Part shown: piece after piece, positions 8,836-18,577 of the stretch
Layout: each line of letters opens with the position of its first letter
How positions within the stretch are numbered: the stretch's first letter is position 1
Assembly (NCBI GenBank): GCA_964471275.1
Contig: CAYYGZ010000004.1
Location: 1-52,363, forward strand
Source: an uncultured bacterium
GTDB lineage: Bacteria; Latescibacterota; UBA2968
DNA length: 52,363 nucleotides
Direction: 5' to 3'
Notes under the pieces: generated by a model
Databases searched by the model: none
The model's input: the letters and a program-made list of their open reading frames with translations, nothing else
Told to the model about the DNA's origin: nothing
Made by a program: the position numbers and the translations under genes

Positions 8836-10376
8836 TTGCGTGCCACAACCTTTCCCGGGCGGGCCGGTGTGGGTGAACCGTTCCGTATGACCGGCACACC
8901 ATTGACGATCACGTGAGGGATCCCGACGGGCGCCAGAGAGGGTTTCTCGAACGTTGACTGCGCGGCTACGTCGTCAGGGTTGAAGATCGCAAGATCCGCG
9001 GCAAATGCCTCCCGGATTATGCCGCGATCACCCAATCGGAATCGCGTGGCGGGAAATCCGCTCATCTTGTAGATTGCATCCTTCAGCGAGATGGTGCGCC
9101 TATCGCGGACGAACTCACCCAGGACCCTTGCGAAGCAGCCCTGCGATCTTGGATGGGAATGCGCGACGTTGTATATGCCGTCGCTTGCGACCATCATTCG
9201 CGGATGTGCGATGGTTCGGTTGACGGTCCTGTTGGCTTCGTCGGGCGGAACCTGCCAGGGAAAGATAAAGCCCTGGTAGCCATCCTCTTCGAGAATCAGG
9301 TCATATGCGAATTCTTCTGGCAGTTTGCCAGCCTTCTCGGCGATATCGACCAATCTTTCACCCACGTATCGCCCGGTTTTGGTGAAGCCGACGACCTGGT
9401 CACATCTCCCCAGCCAGTTTTTCATCTCCGGCAGGGCCGCTGCCCTTGTCTTCGGATCCTCGAGCCGATTGAGCACCTCGCCCGGACTTCCCTGCTGCAT
9501 CTCTATCGGCAGCATCATCGTCATATGCGTCATACCGGCCGAATACAGGTAGGCCTCGAAAGTGAGATCGACACTGTCCCGATCAATCTCGTCCAAGAGT
9601 GCACCACTCACATCGTCGACGCGTTCGTGTGAGATGTGGACGGGAATCCCGGCTGCCCGAGAGAGTTCGATCGTTTCACGCCAGGCCGGTTCGCGGCCGA
9701 TCGTGTGGTATCGGATGTGTGCCGCGTAGATGCCGTCGTATTCGGCGGCGGCCCTGCATAGCGCGACGAGCTCACGGAAGTCGGCGTTTGCAGTCGGTTG
9801 GTAGTCCAGCCCTAGGTTGAGGGCACAGGCGCCAACCTCCATCCACTCGCGCGTGATGTCTGACATCCTGATGAGCTCATCGTTCGTGGCAGGACGCGGA
9901 TCCCAGCCCATAACTTCGAGACGAACGGCGCAGTGGGGAACCTGGGGCACGACGTTCGAAGGCGTCGTGCGGTCAAAAAGATCGAGGTAACTCTGGATGG
10001 TAGGCCATTCGGGCACGACGTCAGTTTCACCGACACCAAAGCGGGTGTATTCCCACATCTCTTCTGCCTGTTCGCCCGTAAGCCGCGCCCAACCAAATCC
10101 ATCGGGTGCCATCAACTGAGTCGTGATGCCTTGCCTGACCTCGCCGTACTGGTCCGGTCCCCCCAGGAGTGCGATCTCACCGTGAACGTGGACATCGATG
10201 AATCCGGGCGATACCACGAGTCCAGCGGCGTCGATCACGTCGTCGGACTGCGCCGCGGACAGGTCGCCCACTGCCTCGATCTTCTCACCCCGTATACCGA
10301 CATCGCCCAAGTAGGGCTCGTTCGTACCCGTCCCGTCGACGATGGTGCCGTTCCGAATGATGAGATCAAAGCGCAT
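8832..10376 (-). CDS. N-acyl-D-amino-acid deacylase (D-aminoacylase), amidohydrolase family
   Basis: DLIIRNGTIVDGTG, PGFIDVHVH, AAHIR, VHISH, ASDG, HPRSQGCFARVL. Confidence 0.85.
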   Translation of the reverse strand: MRFDLIIRNGTIVDGTGTNEPYLGDVGIRGEKIEAVGDLSAAQSDDVIDAAGLVVSPGFIDVHVHGEIALLGGPDQYGEVRQGITTQLMAPDGFGWARLTGEQAEEMWEYTRFGVGETDVVPEWPTIQSYLDLFDRTTPSNVVPQVPHCAVRLEVMGWDPRPATNDELIRMSDITREWMEVGACALNLGLDYQPTANADFRELVALCRAAAEYDGIYAAHIRYHTIGREPAWRETIELSRAAGIPVHISHERVDDVSGALLDEIDRDSVDLTFEAYLYSAGMTHMTMMLPIEMQQGSPGEVLNRLEDPKTRAAALPEMKNWLGRCDQVVGFTKTGRYVGERLVDIAEKAGKLPEEFAYDLILEEDGYQGFIFPWQVPPDEANRTVNRTIAHPRMMVASDGIYNVAHSHPRSQGCFARVLGEFVRDRRTISLKDAIYKMSGFPATRFRLGDRGIIREAFAADLAIFNPDDVAAQSTFEKPSLAPVGIPHVIVNGVPVIRNGSPTPARPGKVVARK

Positions 10377-10407
10377 TACAGTTGTCCTCTGCCCGGTATC
10401 TTCCCGT

Positions 10408-10462
10408 CACACCGTCTCGCCCTGCCGAAGCTTCAGCGAAGGCGGGAGCGCGAGTCGAGGTG
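10408..10462. repeat. REP-like long hairpin with GCCGAAGCTTCAGC core
   Basis: ACACC..CTCGC-CCTGCC-gaagcttcagcgaa-GGCGGG..CGAG..GGTGT; core is the reverse complement of 984-996. Confidence 0.6.
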
Positions 10463-10584
10463 TAGGAATAGTCGGTCGATCTACTGTTCTGCTGTTGCCG
10501 GGTCTCGACTGGCGCTTGACCTGACGGCGTCTGATCTGGCCTATGGCTATTGCCCGGAATCGTCCCCGACACGCGGCCCAGGCA

Positions 10585-11637
10585 CTATGCACCACCCTTG
10601 ACGGCGATCTTGATCGCATCCGTACCGTCGAGCGTGTAGCCTGCGTGCAGAGCATTGAAGCCCTCAGCGACCCGCTCCAGAGGAATGATGTGACTGACCA
10701 GGTCCTCGTAGGGGTAGTCCTGCTTCTCGAGAACCGGGAGCGCACGGACGAAGTGTTCGGGCCGGCTCGCCCACACGGCTTCGAAGGTCAGGTTCTTGCG
10801 CATGAACATCGTGTTCGGGTTGCATTCGAAGGTGCCCACATCCACAAAGTGGCCCATTTCCACGTAGGTACCGCTTTGCGTCAGGTAGTCGAGACCCTCG
10901 GGAATGGCACCGAGGAAACCGGCACACTCAAACACGACGTCCGCGCCCTCTCCTCTCGGCGTGTTGTCCCGTACGATCTGCTTGCGCTCCTCGGGATCCG
11001 GCACATCGGTGATATCGATGGTGAGGTCGGCGCCCAGCTTCTTGCCGAGCTCGAGACGTCCGGGGGGGCCACCGATTAGGATCAGACGACCGGCTCCGCT
11101 GAGTTTTGCGCAGACCAAGGTTAGGAGTCCGATCGCGCCTGAGCCCTGGACGACGACCGTGTCACCGAACTGCATCCCCGATCGCATCACGCCGTGTACG
11201 CCGATCGTGAAGGGCTCGGTGATCACGGCAACTTCCGGTGGCATCGAGGTCTTGAGGAACACGGTGTCGGGGTTCCACAGGAAGATGTATTCCGCGAACC
11301 CGCCTCGCAGGTGCGGAAGCTCTTCCGACTGAAGAAATCCGTATGCGCCCTTGTTGGTCCCCGGTACGAGGATCACGCGATCCCCTTCCTCGATGGGCTG
11401 TCCGAGGTGATCGGTCGTCACCCCCGCACCGAGCTTGTCGATGATCCCGACGTTCTCGTGCCCGAGGATGATCTCACCGCAGAGACGCTGATGTTCCCAA
11501 TTGTGCAGGTCGGTCCCGCAGATACCGCCGAGTTCCTGCTTAAGCAGTAAGGTTCCCTCGGTTACCTCGGGGATCGGATACTCACGAACTTCGAACTGCT
11601 CACCGACCATGATGGTCGCTTTAGCTTTTGCAGCCAT
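10585..11637 (-). CDS. zinc-dependent medium-chain alcohol/polyol dehydrogenase
   Basis: GICGTDLH, LGHE, GSGAIG, ADVVFECAG; start moved to ATG 11637 behind GAGGAG. Confidence 0.88.
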   Translation of the reverse strand: MAAKAKATIMVGEQFEVREYPIPEVTEGTLLLKQELGGICGTDLHNWEHQRLCGEIILGHENVGIIDKLGAGVTTDHLGQPIEEGDRVILVPGTNKGAYGFLQSEELPHLRGGFAEYIFLWNPDTVFLKTSMPPEVAVITEPFTIGVHGVMRSGMQFGDTVVVQGSGAIGLLTLVCAKLSGAGRLILIGGPPGRLELGKKLGADLTIDITDVPDPEERKQIVRDNTPRGEGADVVFECAGFLGAIPEGLDYLTQSGTYVEMGHFVDVGTFECNPNTMFMRKNLTFEAVWASRPEHFVRALPVLEKQDYPYEDLVSHIIPLERVAEGFNALHAGYTLDGTDAIKIAVKGGA

Positions 11638-11683
11638 CGTTACTCCTCGATTCCGCCCCGGTCGATGCTTCATCGATGTGTCC

Positions 11684-11737
11684 CGAGATCAGGTCCGGCA
11701 GAGGAGAGGCGGGTTCTCTGTCAGGACCTGTGTCTCG
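11684..11737. other. long imperfect hairpin between gmd and the dehydrogenase
   Basis: CGAGA..AGGTCC.GCAGAG / CTCTGT..GGACCT..TCTCG. Confidence 0.5.
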
Positions 11738-11767
11738 CATCTTTTCAGGTTGAGATTCGTCTATCGG

Positions 11768-12751
11768 CTAGGCGTTCGGGTTTCTGCCGAACAGTGCCAG
11801 GTCCGAGTCGACCATCTCCCGGATCAGGCTCTCGAAGGTGATGTCGTTCTGCCAACCCAGCTGTTCGCGCGCCTTGGTCGCGTCACCGACGAGGAGATCA
11901 ACTTCCGCCGGTCGCAAGAAACGTTCGTCGATCCGCACATAGTCTTCCCAGTTCAGATCAATGTGAGAGAAGGCGAGTTCACAGAGTTCGCGTATCGAGT
12001 GCGTCTTGCCCGTGGCGATTACGTAGTCGTCTGCTTCCTCACGCTGCAGCATCATCCACATGGCTCGGACATACTCACGGGAATGGCCCCAGTCCCGCTT
12101 TGAATCCAGGTTTCCGATCGCCACGTGGTCGGTCATCCCGTATTTGATGCGGGCAACGTGTGACGTGATCTTCCGGGTGACGAACTCGAACCCGCGACGG
12201 GGGGACTCGTGGTTGAAGAGAATCCCGCTCGACGCGTGCATCTCGTATGCTTCCCGGTAGTTCCTGGTGAGGTCGTAGCCGGCCACCTTGGAGATTCCGT
12301 ACGGCGAACGGGGGTGGAAGCGCGTGAGCTCAGACTGCGGCACCTCAGCGACCTTACCGAACATTTCACTCGATCCAGCGAAATAGAATCGGCAATTCGG
12401 CTGCAGGTCGTGCAGGGCAGCGAGGATGTAGTGGGTACCGTTGATGTTCGTGTTCAGAGTCGTGAAGGCATCCTGAAACGAGGTCGCGACAAAGCTCTGG
12501 GCGGCGAGGTGGTAGCACTCGTCCGGCTCGGTCCTGCGAACAACGCTGTAGATACTCGGAAAGCTCTCCATCGACGCCGGATGCAGGACCAGGTCGTCTG
12601 CGATGTGCTGTATCCGGGACATATGGTGATCGGGATCTTCTATCGCCACGCGTCGGATGATGCCGTGAACCTCATATCCCTTCTCCAGGAGCAGCTCGGA
12701 CAGGTAGGAGCCGTCTTGACCGGTGATCCCGGTTATCAGCGCTTTAGGCAC
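11768..12751 (-). CDS. gmd: GDP-mannose 4,6-dehydratase
   Basis: ALITGITGQDGSYL, LAAQSFV, SSEMFG, PRSPYGISK, FNHESPRRG, RDWGH. Confidence 0.96.
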   Translation of the reverse strand: MPKALITGITGQDGSYLSELLLEKGYEVHGIIRRVAIEDPDHHMSRIQHIADDLVLHPASMESFPSIYSVVRRTEPDECYHLAAQSFVATSFQDAFTTLNTNINGTHYILAALHDLQPNCRFYFAGSSEMFGKVAEVPQSELTRFHPRSPYGISKVAGYDLTRNYREAYEMHASSGILFNHESPRRGFEFVTRKITSHVARIKYGMTDHVAIGNLDSKRDWGHSREYVRAMWMMLQREEADDYVIATGKTHSIRELCELAFSHIDLNWEDYVRIDERFLRPAEVDLLVGDATKAREQLGWQNDITFESLIREMVDSDLALFGRNPNA

Positions 12752-12764
12752 AGGCTGTATCCTC

Positions 12765-13410
12765 TCAATGCAGGTGTTGTTTGGCTTTCAGGTCGACCGT
12801 TTATGCCCAAGGTGTGATGATCGGCCTCTTCGAAGTGCACGCCGTCCTTGTCGCTCGTTTCGATAACCGCTCCCACGTCCAGAAGTTCGACGCCCTTTTC
12901 CTCGGCAATCGCCTTGTATCGATCGCTGGATTTGCGCGATTTCTCGACTCCGCCCTCATACGTCTCTGCGAACTCGGTCAATCGCCCAAGCGGAGGCGGC
13001 GCCATCAGGAGGAGGTCTGGATGACGTCCATTGCGTCCCGTGTCGCTTTTCAGAACGATATCAGCACAGTTGACCCACCCCCCTGGCGATGCCGGCAGCG
13101 GGTAAGGAGNNNNNNNNNNGTAAGGAGAACCGCATCTTCAGGTCGTTGGTGCCGATCATCAGGACGACCAGATCGATGGTTTTGTGTGACGTCAGACTGG
13201 CGGCAGATAGGTCTGCCCATTACTGTGTCCCTCGGTCGGATCGTCCCATATGGTTGTCCGCCCGTTCAGGCTTTCCTCGATCACGCGAAAGTCGCGCCCG
13301 AGACTCTCCGCAAGCACACCGGTCCATCGTTTGTCGGGCGCCAGTCGTTCTCTGGTCACCGGGTCGTAGCCCCAAGTGTTCGAGTCGCCAAAGCAGAGAA
13401 TCGTCTTCAT
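12765..13410 (-). pseudogene. SGNH/GDSL hydrolase, frameshifted and spanning an assembly gap
   Basis: blocks FGDSNTWG, LNGRTT, IGTNDLK and DGVH lie in different frames; frameshifts near 13197, 13062 and ~12803. Confidence 0.8.
13110..13119. other. assembly gap (10 N) flanked by duplicated GTAAGGAG
   Basis: GTAAGGAG at 13102-13109 and 13120-13127, consistent with an unmerged contig overlap. Confidence 0.95.
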
Positions 13411-13529
13411 GGGGTCTGGTTCTCCGGCTAGAGATCGTCACGAAACAAGCGACGCACGATGCTGTCGCAATGTCAAGCCCAGACGGAGTTCTCTGTGGTT
13501 GAATCGTTCAGTTGTTGCACGATAACGCC

Positions 13530-14351
13530 TCAGGCGTCGGGTGTCCCGCCAAGCAGGAAGCCCCCGTCGACGGTCAGACACTGTCCCGTCACGAAGGCGG
13601 CCCGATCTGACAGAAGGAATAACGCAACTTCGGCGATATCCTCAGGGACACCGATTCGTCTCAGAGGCGTCCACGGCTCAACGGATTCGGCATAGCCCGG
13701 TTTTCCGATTGGCGGACCGCCCGGCTCTGGCACACGACTGTCAATGTAACCGGGCGCGATTGCGTTGACCCGTATGGATGAAGGTCCCAGTTCGTAGGCC
13801 ATGCTTTCGGTCAGTCGCACGATGCCGGCTTTGCAGATTCCGTATACGGTATCGTTTGGCCACGTACGCTCACGATGTACGGAACTGATGTTGACGATCG
13901 CGCCTCCCGTCGGCTGCTTTGACATCACCCGTGCGGCGGCCTGGCCGATCAGAAGGGGGGCCTTGAGATCGACGGCCACCATCCGGTCCCAGTCACTTTC
14001 CGCCACCTCGCCATAAGCCCCCCACGTCCAGGTTGCGGCGTTATTGACGAGGGCATCGATGCGGCCAAACTGGTCGAAGGAGGCGTTGATCAGGGATTCG
14101 GCAGCTTCGGGTTTGGCCAGATCCGCTTCCACAAGCAGACACTCCCGGCCGAGCCTGCGTATCTCGGTTTCCGTATCCCTCGCGAGATCATCGATTTCGA
14201 TATCGTGAATGACTAGGTCATAGCCCTCCCTTGCCAAGGCCAGCGCAATCGCTCGTCCGATCCCTCTTCTAGCGCCCGTTACGACGGCTGCAGGATTCGG
14301 CACAGGGGAACCTGTCTGGTTGTCTGGGGTCCTGTCAGGGAGGCGGGTCAT
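13530..14351 (-). CDS. short-chain dehydrogenase/reductase (FabG-like)
   Basis: TGARRGIG, LVNNA, NISS, YGICK (YxxxK), VNAIAPG, VDGG; ATGA overlap with upstream gene fixes start at 14351. Confidence 0.9.
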   Translation of the reverse strand: MTRLPDRTPDNQTGSPVPNPAAVVTGARRGIGRAIALALAREGYDLVIHDIEIDDLARDTETEIRRLGRECLLVEADLAKPEAAESLINASFDQFGRIDALVNNAATWTWGAYGEVAESDWDRMVAVDLKAPLLIGQAAARVMSKQPTGGAIVNISSVHRERTWPNDTVYGICKAGIVRLTESMAYELGPSSIRVNAIAPGYIDSRVPEPGGPPIGKPGYAESVEPWTPLRRIGVPEDIAEVALFLLSDRAAFVTGQCLTVDGGFLLGGTPDA

Positions 14352-15718
14352 CGGTCGTAGATCTCCTGCGACCAGTCGACCTGTTCGGTCTCCTGTTTGA
14401 GAAGGAGCGCCTTGTGCGAGGGGAGATTCCTCATGAGCACAACTCCCGCACCGACCATGCTGCACGGACCCACGATACGACCCGGCATCATCATCGCACC
14501 CACACCCGTGCGTGAGTAGTCGCCGAAAAGAACGCCCGAGAAACCGCGGGCCTCCTTGCGCTGCCCTTTTACCAGGACCTCGATCGGACCATCATCGAAA
14601 CGGAGCGTGCCGCACTGTGTGCCCGCGCCAATTTCAGCACCCAGCCCGAAAACGCCGCTGAGCTGAATCTGGTGCGTCACACGACCCCCGTCCAACATCG
14701 TACCGCTGAACTCGCCCAGATAGGTGATATGGCAGTCGTTCCCGACGTATCCGTTAACTTTGGCGAAGGGTCCTATCCGGCATCCATCACCGATCATCGA
14801 ATGGTTTCCGATGTGCGACCCCTCAATGACCCTTGTGCCCTTGCCGATCCAAACAGGGCCTTCCAGATAGGCATCGCGACCGATATAGGCATCTTCATCC
14901 ACAAAGACGGGACCTTCGATCCGGGCCTCAGGGTCGATGACCGCCGATTCGGCAATCCGGGATTCGTTGAGGTCCCTTCCGAGTTCTTCAACGATCTGGT
15001 CGCCAAAACTGTCTGGCTGCCAGGGATAGTCCATATCCAGTATCGGGCCGTCGATCTGCACACCCCGCAGAGCACGACCCTCGCGATGGCAGAGGGGGAT
15101 GACATCCTCGATCTCTTTTCCCCGGTGCGGTGCAATCCCGAACTGAGTCTTGACCACGTTTGAAACACACGACAGATCGTCGACAGCTGATGCGGGAAGC
15201 GCATAGAGACCCGCAAGTGCGGTTCCTCGCCGCCCGCGCGGTTTCCACACATAATCGACGAGCAAGCCTCTGGCGTCCTGGCTGACCTGAGTCTTCTCAG
15301 AAATGTTGTCGACTTCGACAATGGCTGCGACGCCATTCTGTTCGCTTCCCTCAAATGCGCTCAGGACGGCGGGTATGGCGTCGGCCTGAATGTAGAGATC
15401 CCCGAGGATGACCAGAGTCGGGTTGTCGCCGATGAAGTCGCGTGCGCAGACGACGGCGTCTGCTGTGCCCGCGGCTTCCGGCTGGTCGATGTAAGTGATC
15501 CGGCAGCCAAAGCGGCTGCCATCCGCGAAGTAGCTGCGGACGCTGCCATCCTGCCATCCAACGACGATGCCAATCTCCGTGATGCCCGAGTCTACGACAC
15601 GATCGACAAGCCAGGAGAGGAGAGGGCGATTACAGACGGGGAACATAGGCTTGGCCCGGTACGTGTTGAACGGATGGAATCTCTCGCCACTGCCGGCTGC
15701 AAGGAGGAGTGCGTTCAT
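14348..15718 (-). CDS. bifunctional sugar-1-phosphate nucleotidyltransferase/acetyltransferase (archaeal GlmU-like)
   Basis: LLAAGSGERF..KPMFPV, GTADAV, hexapeptide repeats, IGAGTQCGTLRFDD. Confidence 0.8.
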   Translation of the reverse strand: MNALLLAAGSGERFHPFNTYRAKPMFPVCNRPLLSWLVDRVVDSGITEIGIVVGWQDGSVRSYFADGSRFGCRITYIDQPEAAGTADAVVCARDFIGDNPTLVILGDLYIQADAIPAVLSAFEGSEQNGVAAIVEVDNISEKTQVSQDARGLLVDYVWKPRGRRGTALAGLYALPASAVDDLSCVSNVVKTQFGIAPHRGKEIEDVIPLCHREGRALRGVQIDGPILDMDYPWQPDSFGDQIVEELGRDLNESRIAESAVIDPEARIEGPVFVDEDAYIGRDAYLEGPVWIGKGTRVIEGSHIGNHSMIGDGCRIGPFAKVNGYVGNDCHITYLGEFSGTMLDGGRVTHQIQLSGVFGLGAEIGAGTQCGTLRFDDGPIEVLVKGQRKEARGFSGVLFGDYSRTGVGAMMMPGRIVGPCSMVGAGVVLMRNLPSHKALLLKQETEQVDWSQEIYDR

Positions 15719-16023
15719 GGTTCCTGTCGGGGGCTATGGTTCATGCGTTTTGCGGTCGATTTTGCCTGGGAGTCAGGATCTGCCAAAGATTTGCACGTCC
15801 GAGGTTCCATACGGCGCCCGGATCGATCCCTCCTGATGCCTCCGGGCACGATCGGTTTCTGGCGCAGTTGGCCTTCCCTATACGCGGGTCCCAAGGGAGC
15901 GATAAGATAAGGGCGGCATTTCCCCAAGGCAAACCGAGTTTGATATTGACTTGCTGCTCTTTCTTATTGAAAATAGGGAGGATACGCTGTTTTTACCCTC
16001 CTGGAGCAGGCTTTCCTGAACGA

Positions 16024-18225
16024 ATGAATTTGTCACGCGACCTTATATCCGGATTTCTCCCACAGAGCAGGAGCGAGCTGATCTATGCGTGCCTTGTGGG
16101 CGGGCTCATCGTGGTGGCTGCGATGCTCGCTACGCCGTCGCCGCTGGCGATGTCGGAGCGGATCGATCCGGTGTCGCGTGCGGAGCAGCTCCTGGGCGAA
16201 GGAGACTACAAGTGGGCGGCAAAGATCCTGAATGAGCTGGACATGGATGCGCTCGATCCCTGGGAGCAGCGCAGGATCCGGATTCAGCGAGCGTTGTGTG
16301 CGGCCGGAATGGGTAACCACAGCGAGGCGCTCGCCCTGTTCTCGGGGAGACGGGCCGGACTCGAGCCGATCGAAGGCTACGTACGGGTCTGGGAAGCACG
16401 ATCATTCAGGGCACTTGGCTTGATGGATAGTGCCACGGCACGCTACAAGGAAGTCGTCGACGGTGACTTTGGCCGTGTGCTCAACAAGCGTGCATCCTAC
16501 GAGGCAGCCCGACACTTCGAGCGGCTCGATAACCACGATGCCGCAGCGGAGGCCTATCAGCAGATGCTGAACCGTGGTGACCGGGGGGCACGGACCGTCC
16601 ACGGTCTCTTGCGAGCGATCGAGGCAACCGGAGATTCGATGGAAGCACAGCGTCTTCGGCACAGACTGATCCGAGAATATCCATCCTCGCGGGATGCGTT
16701 GGTCGCTGTCCGTGGCTCGGAACCTTTGCAGGGCGAGAAGGAGACATTCTACGGTGCCGTGTGCTACGCACGTCACGGGAAGTACCGATCCGCGGCCCGT
16801 TTGCTCAAGGGGCTGATCCGTTCATCGGATGAAGAGGCCTGGAAAGGACGCGCCCAGTTGGAGTTGGGCAAGGTTTACTATGGCAAGCGCGACTACCGAT
16901 CCGCGCGCACGGCTTTCCGGAAGGCCTACAGAACCTACCGTGTACCAAAGGGCTTGCTGGAGGAGGCCCGGTCTGAGATCCGGCTGGGAGCTGACATCGA
17001 TGGGGCCAAGCGGTTCGAAGCTTTCGCGAGCGAATTTCCCTGGATTTCGGGTGCGGCAGAAGGGCTCTGGCAAGCGGCGATGGCCTACGAACGACGCCGG
17101 CACGTGAAGAATGCCGGTCGCGTGTTCAAGCAGCTGGCAACGAAATACCCAAAAAGCGATTTCGCAGAGCAGGCGATCTGGCGGGCCGGATATCTGCAAT
17201 TCAAACGGGGCAATTATGAGGAAGCGGCACGCGACTTTCTCAACCTTTCAAATCGGACGGAAGAGAACTACCTGCGGGATCAGGGCTACTACTGGGCCGG
17301 GAAATGTTACCAACGGCTGGGGCGCGATGAGGAGTGGGTGTTCTGGCTGACCCGTGCTTCCGAGGGATTCCCCGCCTCCTACTACTCGGCCCGTGCCCGA
17401 GCATCGCTTGGTGAGGTCGATCACACATATCCCTATGCGCCGCAAGATTCGATCGGAGCGCTGTCGGGCTACTCACCCACACCCGCGCTTCTCCGGGGAG
17501 ACCTGCTCGCATCCCTCGGTCTGTATCGAGAAGCGACGAGTGAATATGTGTCCACCGAGTCGGCCTATCGCCAGAATCGTTTTGCGCTGAACGACCTACT
17601 ACATCGCTACGAACGGATCAACGCGATGGATCGTGCCCTGAGAATCTCGAACAACCTGCTGAACATCGAGCGAGATTCAGGGACACCCACGTCTCTGGCG
17701 AGTTTTCGGCGATTGTATCCGACCTACTACTGGGGATCAATCTATAAATCGGCGCAGGAGATGAACCTGGATCCGAACCTGATCCTGGCGATCGTGCGCC
17801 AGGAGAGCGCCTTCAACAGACAGGCTATGTCGTCGGCCGGTGCGCGAGGTCTGATGCAGCTTATGCCTGCGACGGGACGGGATATGGCACGGAAGGTCCG
17901 CGTGAAGGGATTCAAGGTCGAGGATCTTTGGCAGCCCAACACCTCGATCCGGCTTGGCAGTCAACACCTGTCGGATCACTTGAGGTATTTTTCCAAATCG
18001 GGCGAACCCCGGCAGCTGGGTCTCGCGCTGTCGGCATACAACGCTGGTCTCGAGCCGGCAAGAAGGTGGTCGCGAAAGCTCCCGAAGGATGACGTCGACG
18101 AGTTTGTGGAGAGTATTCCCTACCGCGAAACACGCAACTATGTGAAACTGGTCTACCGAAACTACCAGGTCTACTCGTATCTGCATGACGGTGAGCCCGG
18201 TGAGATCGACGTGCCGGTGAACTGA
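16024..18225 (+). CDS. soluble lytic transglycosylase (Slt-type, TPR repeats + SLT domain)
   Basis: N-terminal hydrophobic segment, TPR-like helices, IVRQESAF, GARGLMQLMP, AYNAG, IPYRETRNYV; start uncertain. Confidence 0.9.
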   Translation: MNLSRDLISGFLPQSRSELIYACLVGGLIVVAAMLATPSPLAMSERIDPVSRAEQLLGEGDYKWAAKILNELDMDALDPWEQRRIRIQRALCAAGMGNHSEALALFSGRRAGLEPIEGYVRVWEARSFRALGLMDSATARYKEVVDGDFGRVLNKRASYEAARHFERLDNHDAAAEAYQQMLNRGDRGARTVHGLLRAIEATGDSMEAQRLRHRLIREYPSSRDALVAVRGSEPLQGEKETFYGAVCYARHGKYRSAARLLKGLIRSSDEEAWKGRAQLELGKVYYGKRDYRSARTAFRKAYRTYRVPKGLLEEARSEIRLGADIDGAKRFEAFASEFPWISGAAEGLWQAAMAYERRRHVKNAGRVFKQLATKYPKSDFAEQAIWRAGYLQFKRGNYEEAARDFLNLSNRTEENYLRDQGYYWAGKCYQRLGRDEEWVFWLTRASEGFPASYYSARARASLGEVDHTYPYAPQDSIGALSGYSPTPALLRGDLLASLGLYREATSEYVSTESAYRQNRFALNDLLHRYERINAMDRALRISNNLLNIERDSGTPTSLASFRRLYPTYYWGSIYKSAQEMNLDPNLILAIVRQESAFNRQAMSSAGARGLMQLMPATGRDMARKVRVKGFKVEDLWQPNTSIRLGSQHLSDHLRYFSKSGEPRQLGLALSAYNAGLEPARRWSRKLPKDDVDEFVESIPYRETRNYVKLVYRNYQVYSYLHDGEPGEIDVPVN

Positions 18226-18341
18226 CGGTAGTTGAGCCGGGACAGGTAGGAATGAGCCAGACGGGTGAGTCTGAATGGCTCGTCGAATCAGCGCTTCTTA
18301 CAGCGTGTCGCAGCACCGTGGGCCAAACAGAAGGACATCTG

Positions 18342-18551
18342 ATGGCAGACGAGAAGAAACGATTCGGAATGGCCCTGGAGGATGCCTTTATCCTGCTTTC
18401 GGTGTTTGCGCTGTGGCCGGGCATCCTCGGGTGGGAGGGGCAGGCGTGGCAATACCTGCAGTATGTCGCAGTCCTGGGACTTGTGTGTATCCTGGTCAGG
18501 CGAGTCGGGCGGTATAAGCAGAAGCGTGAGGAAGGCGAGGACGAGGTCTGA
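18342..18551 (+). CDS. small membrane protein (69 aa, two predicted TM helices)
   Basis: AAGGA SD then MADEKKRF; two hydrophobic stretches and a basic then acidic tail. Confidence 0.7.
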   Translation: MADEKKRFGMALEDAFILLSVFALWPGILGWEGQAWQYLQYVAVLGLVCILVRRVGRYKQKREEGEDEV

Positions 18552-18577
18552 GCCCGGGGGGCAGTGCTCGGGCAGGT

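Noticed and set aside
11689..11712. TCAGGTCCGG resembling SRP (4.5S) RNA helix 8
   Set aside because: Lacks the following GGAA loop and AGCAGC; the segment instead pairs in a simple long hairpin.
13061..13194. TGA codons in the SGNH gene as selenocysteine or readthrough
   Set aside because: Homology resumes in a different frame after each TGA, so these are frameshifts.
15709..16023. 105-aa N-terminal extension of the Slt ORF
   Set aside because: Overlaps the divergent gene start and promoter region and is not protein-like; ATG 16024 precedes the membrane anchor.
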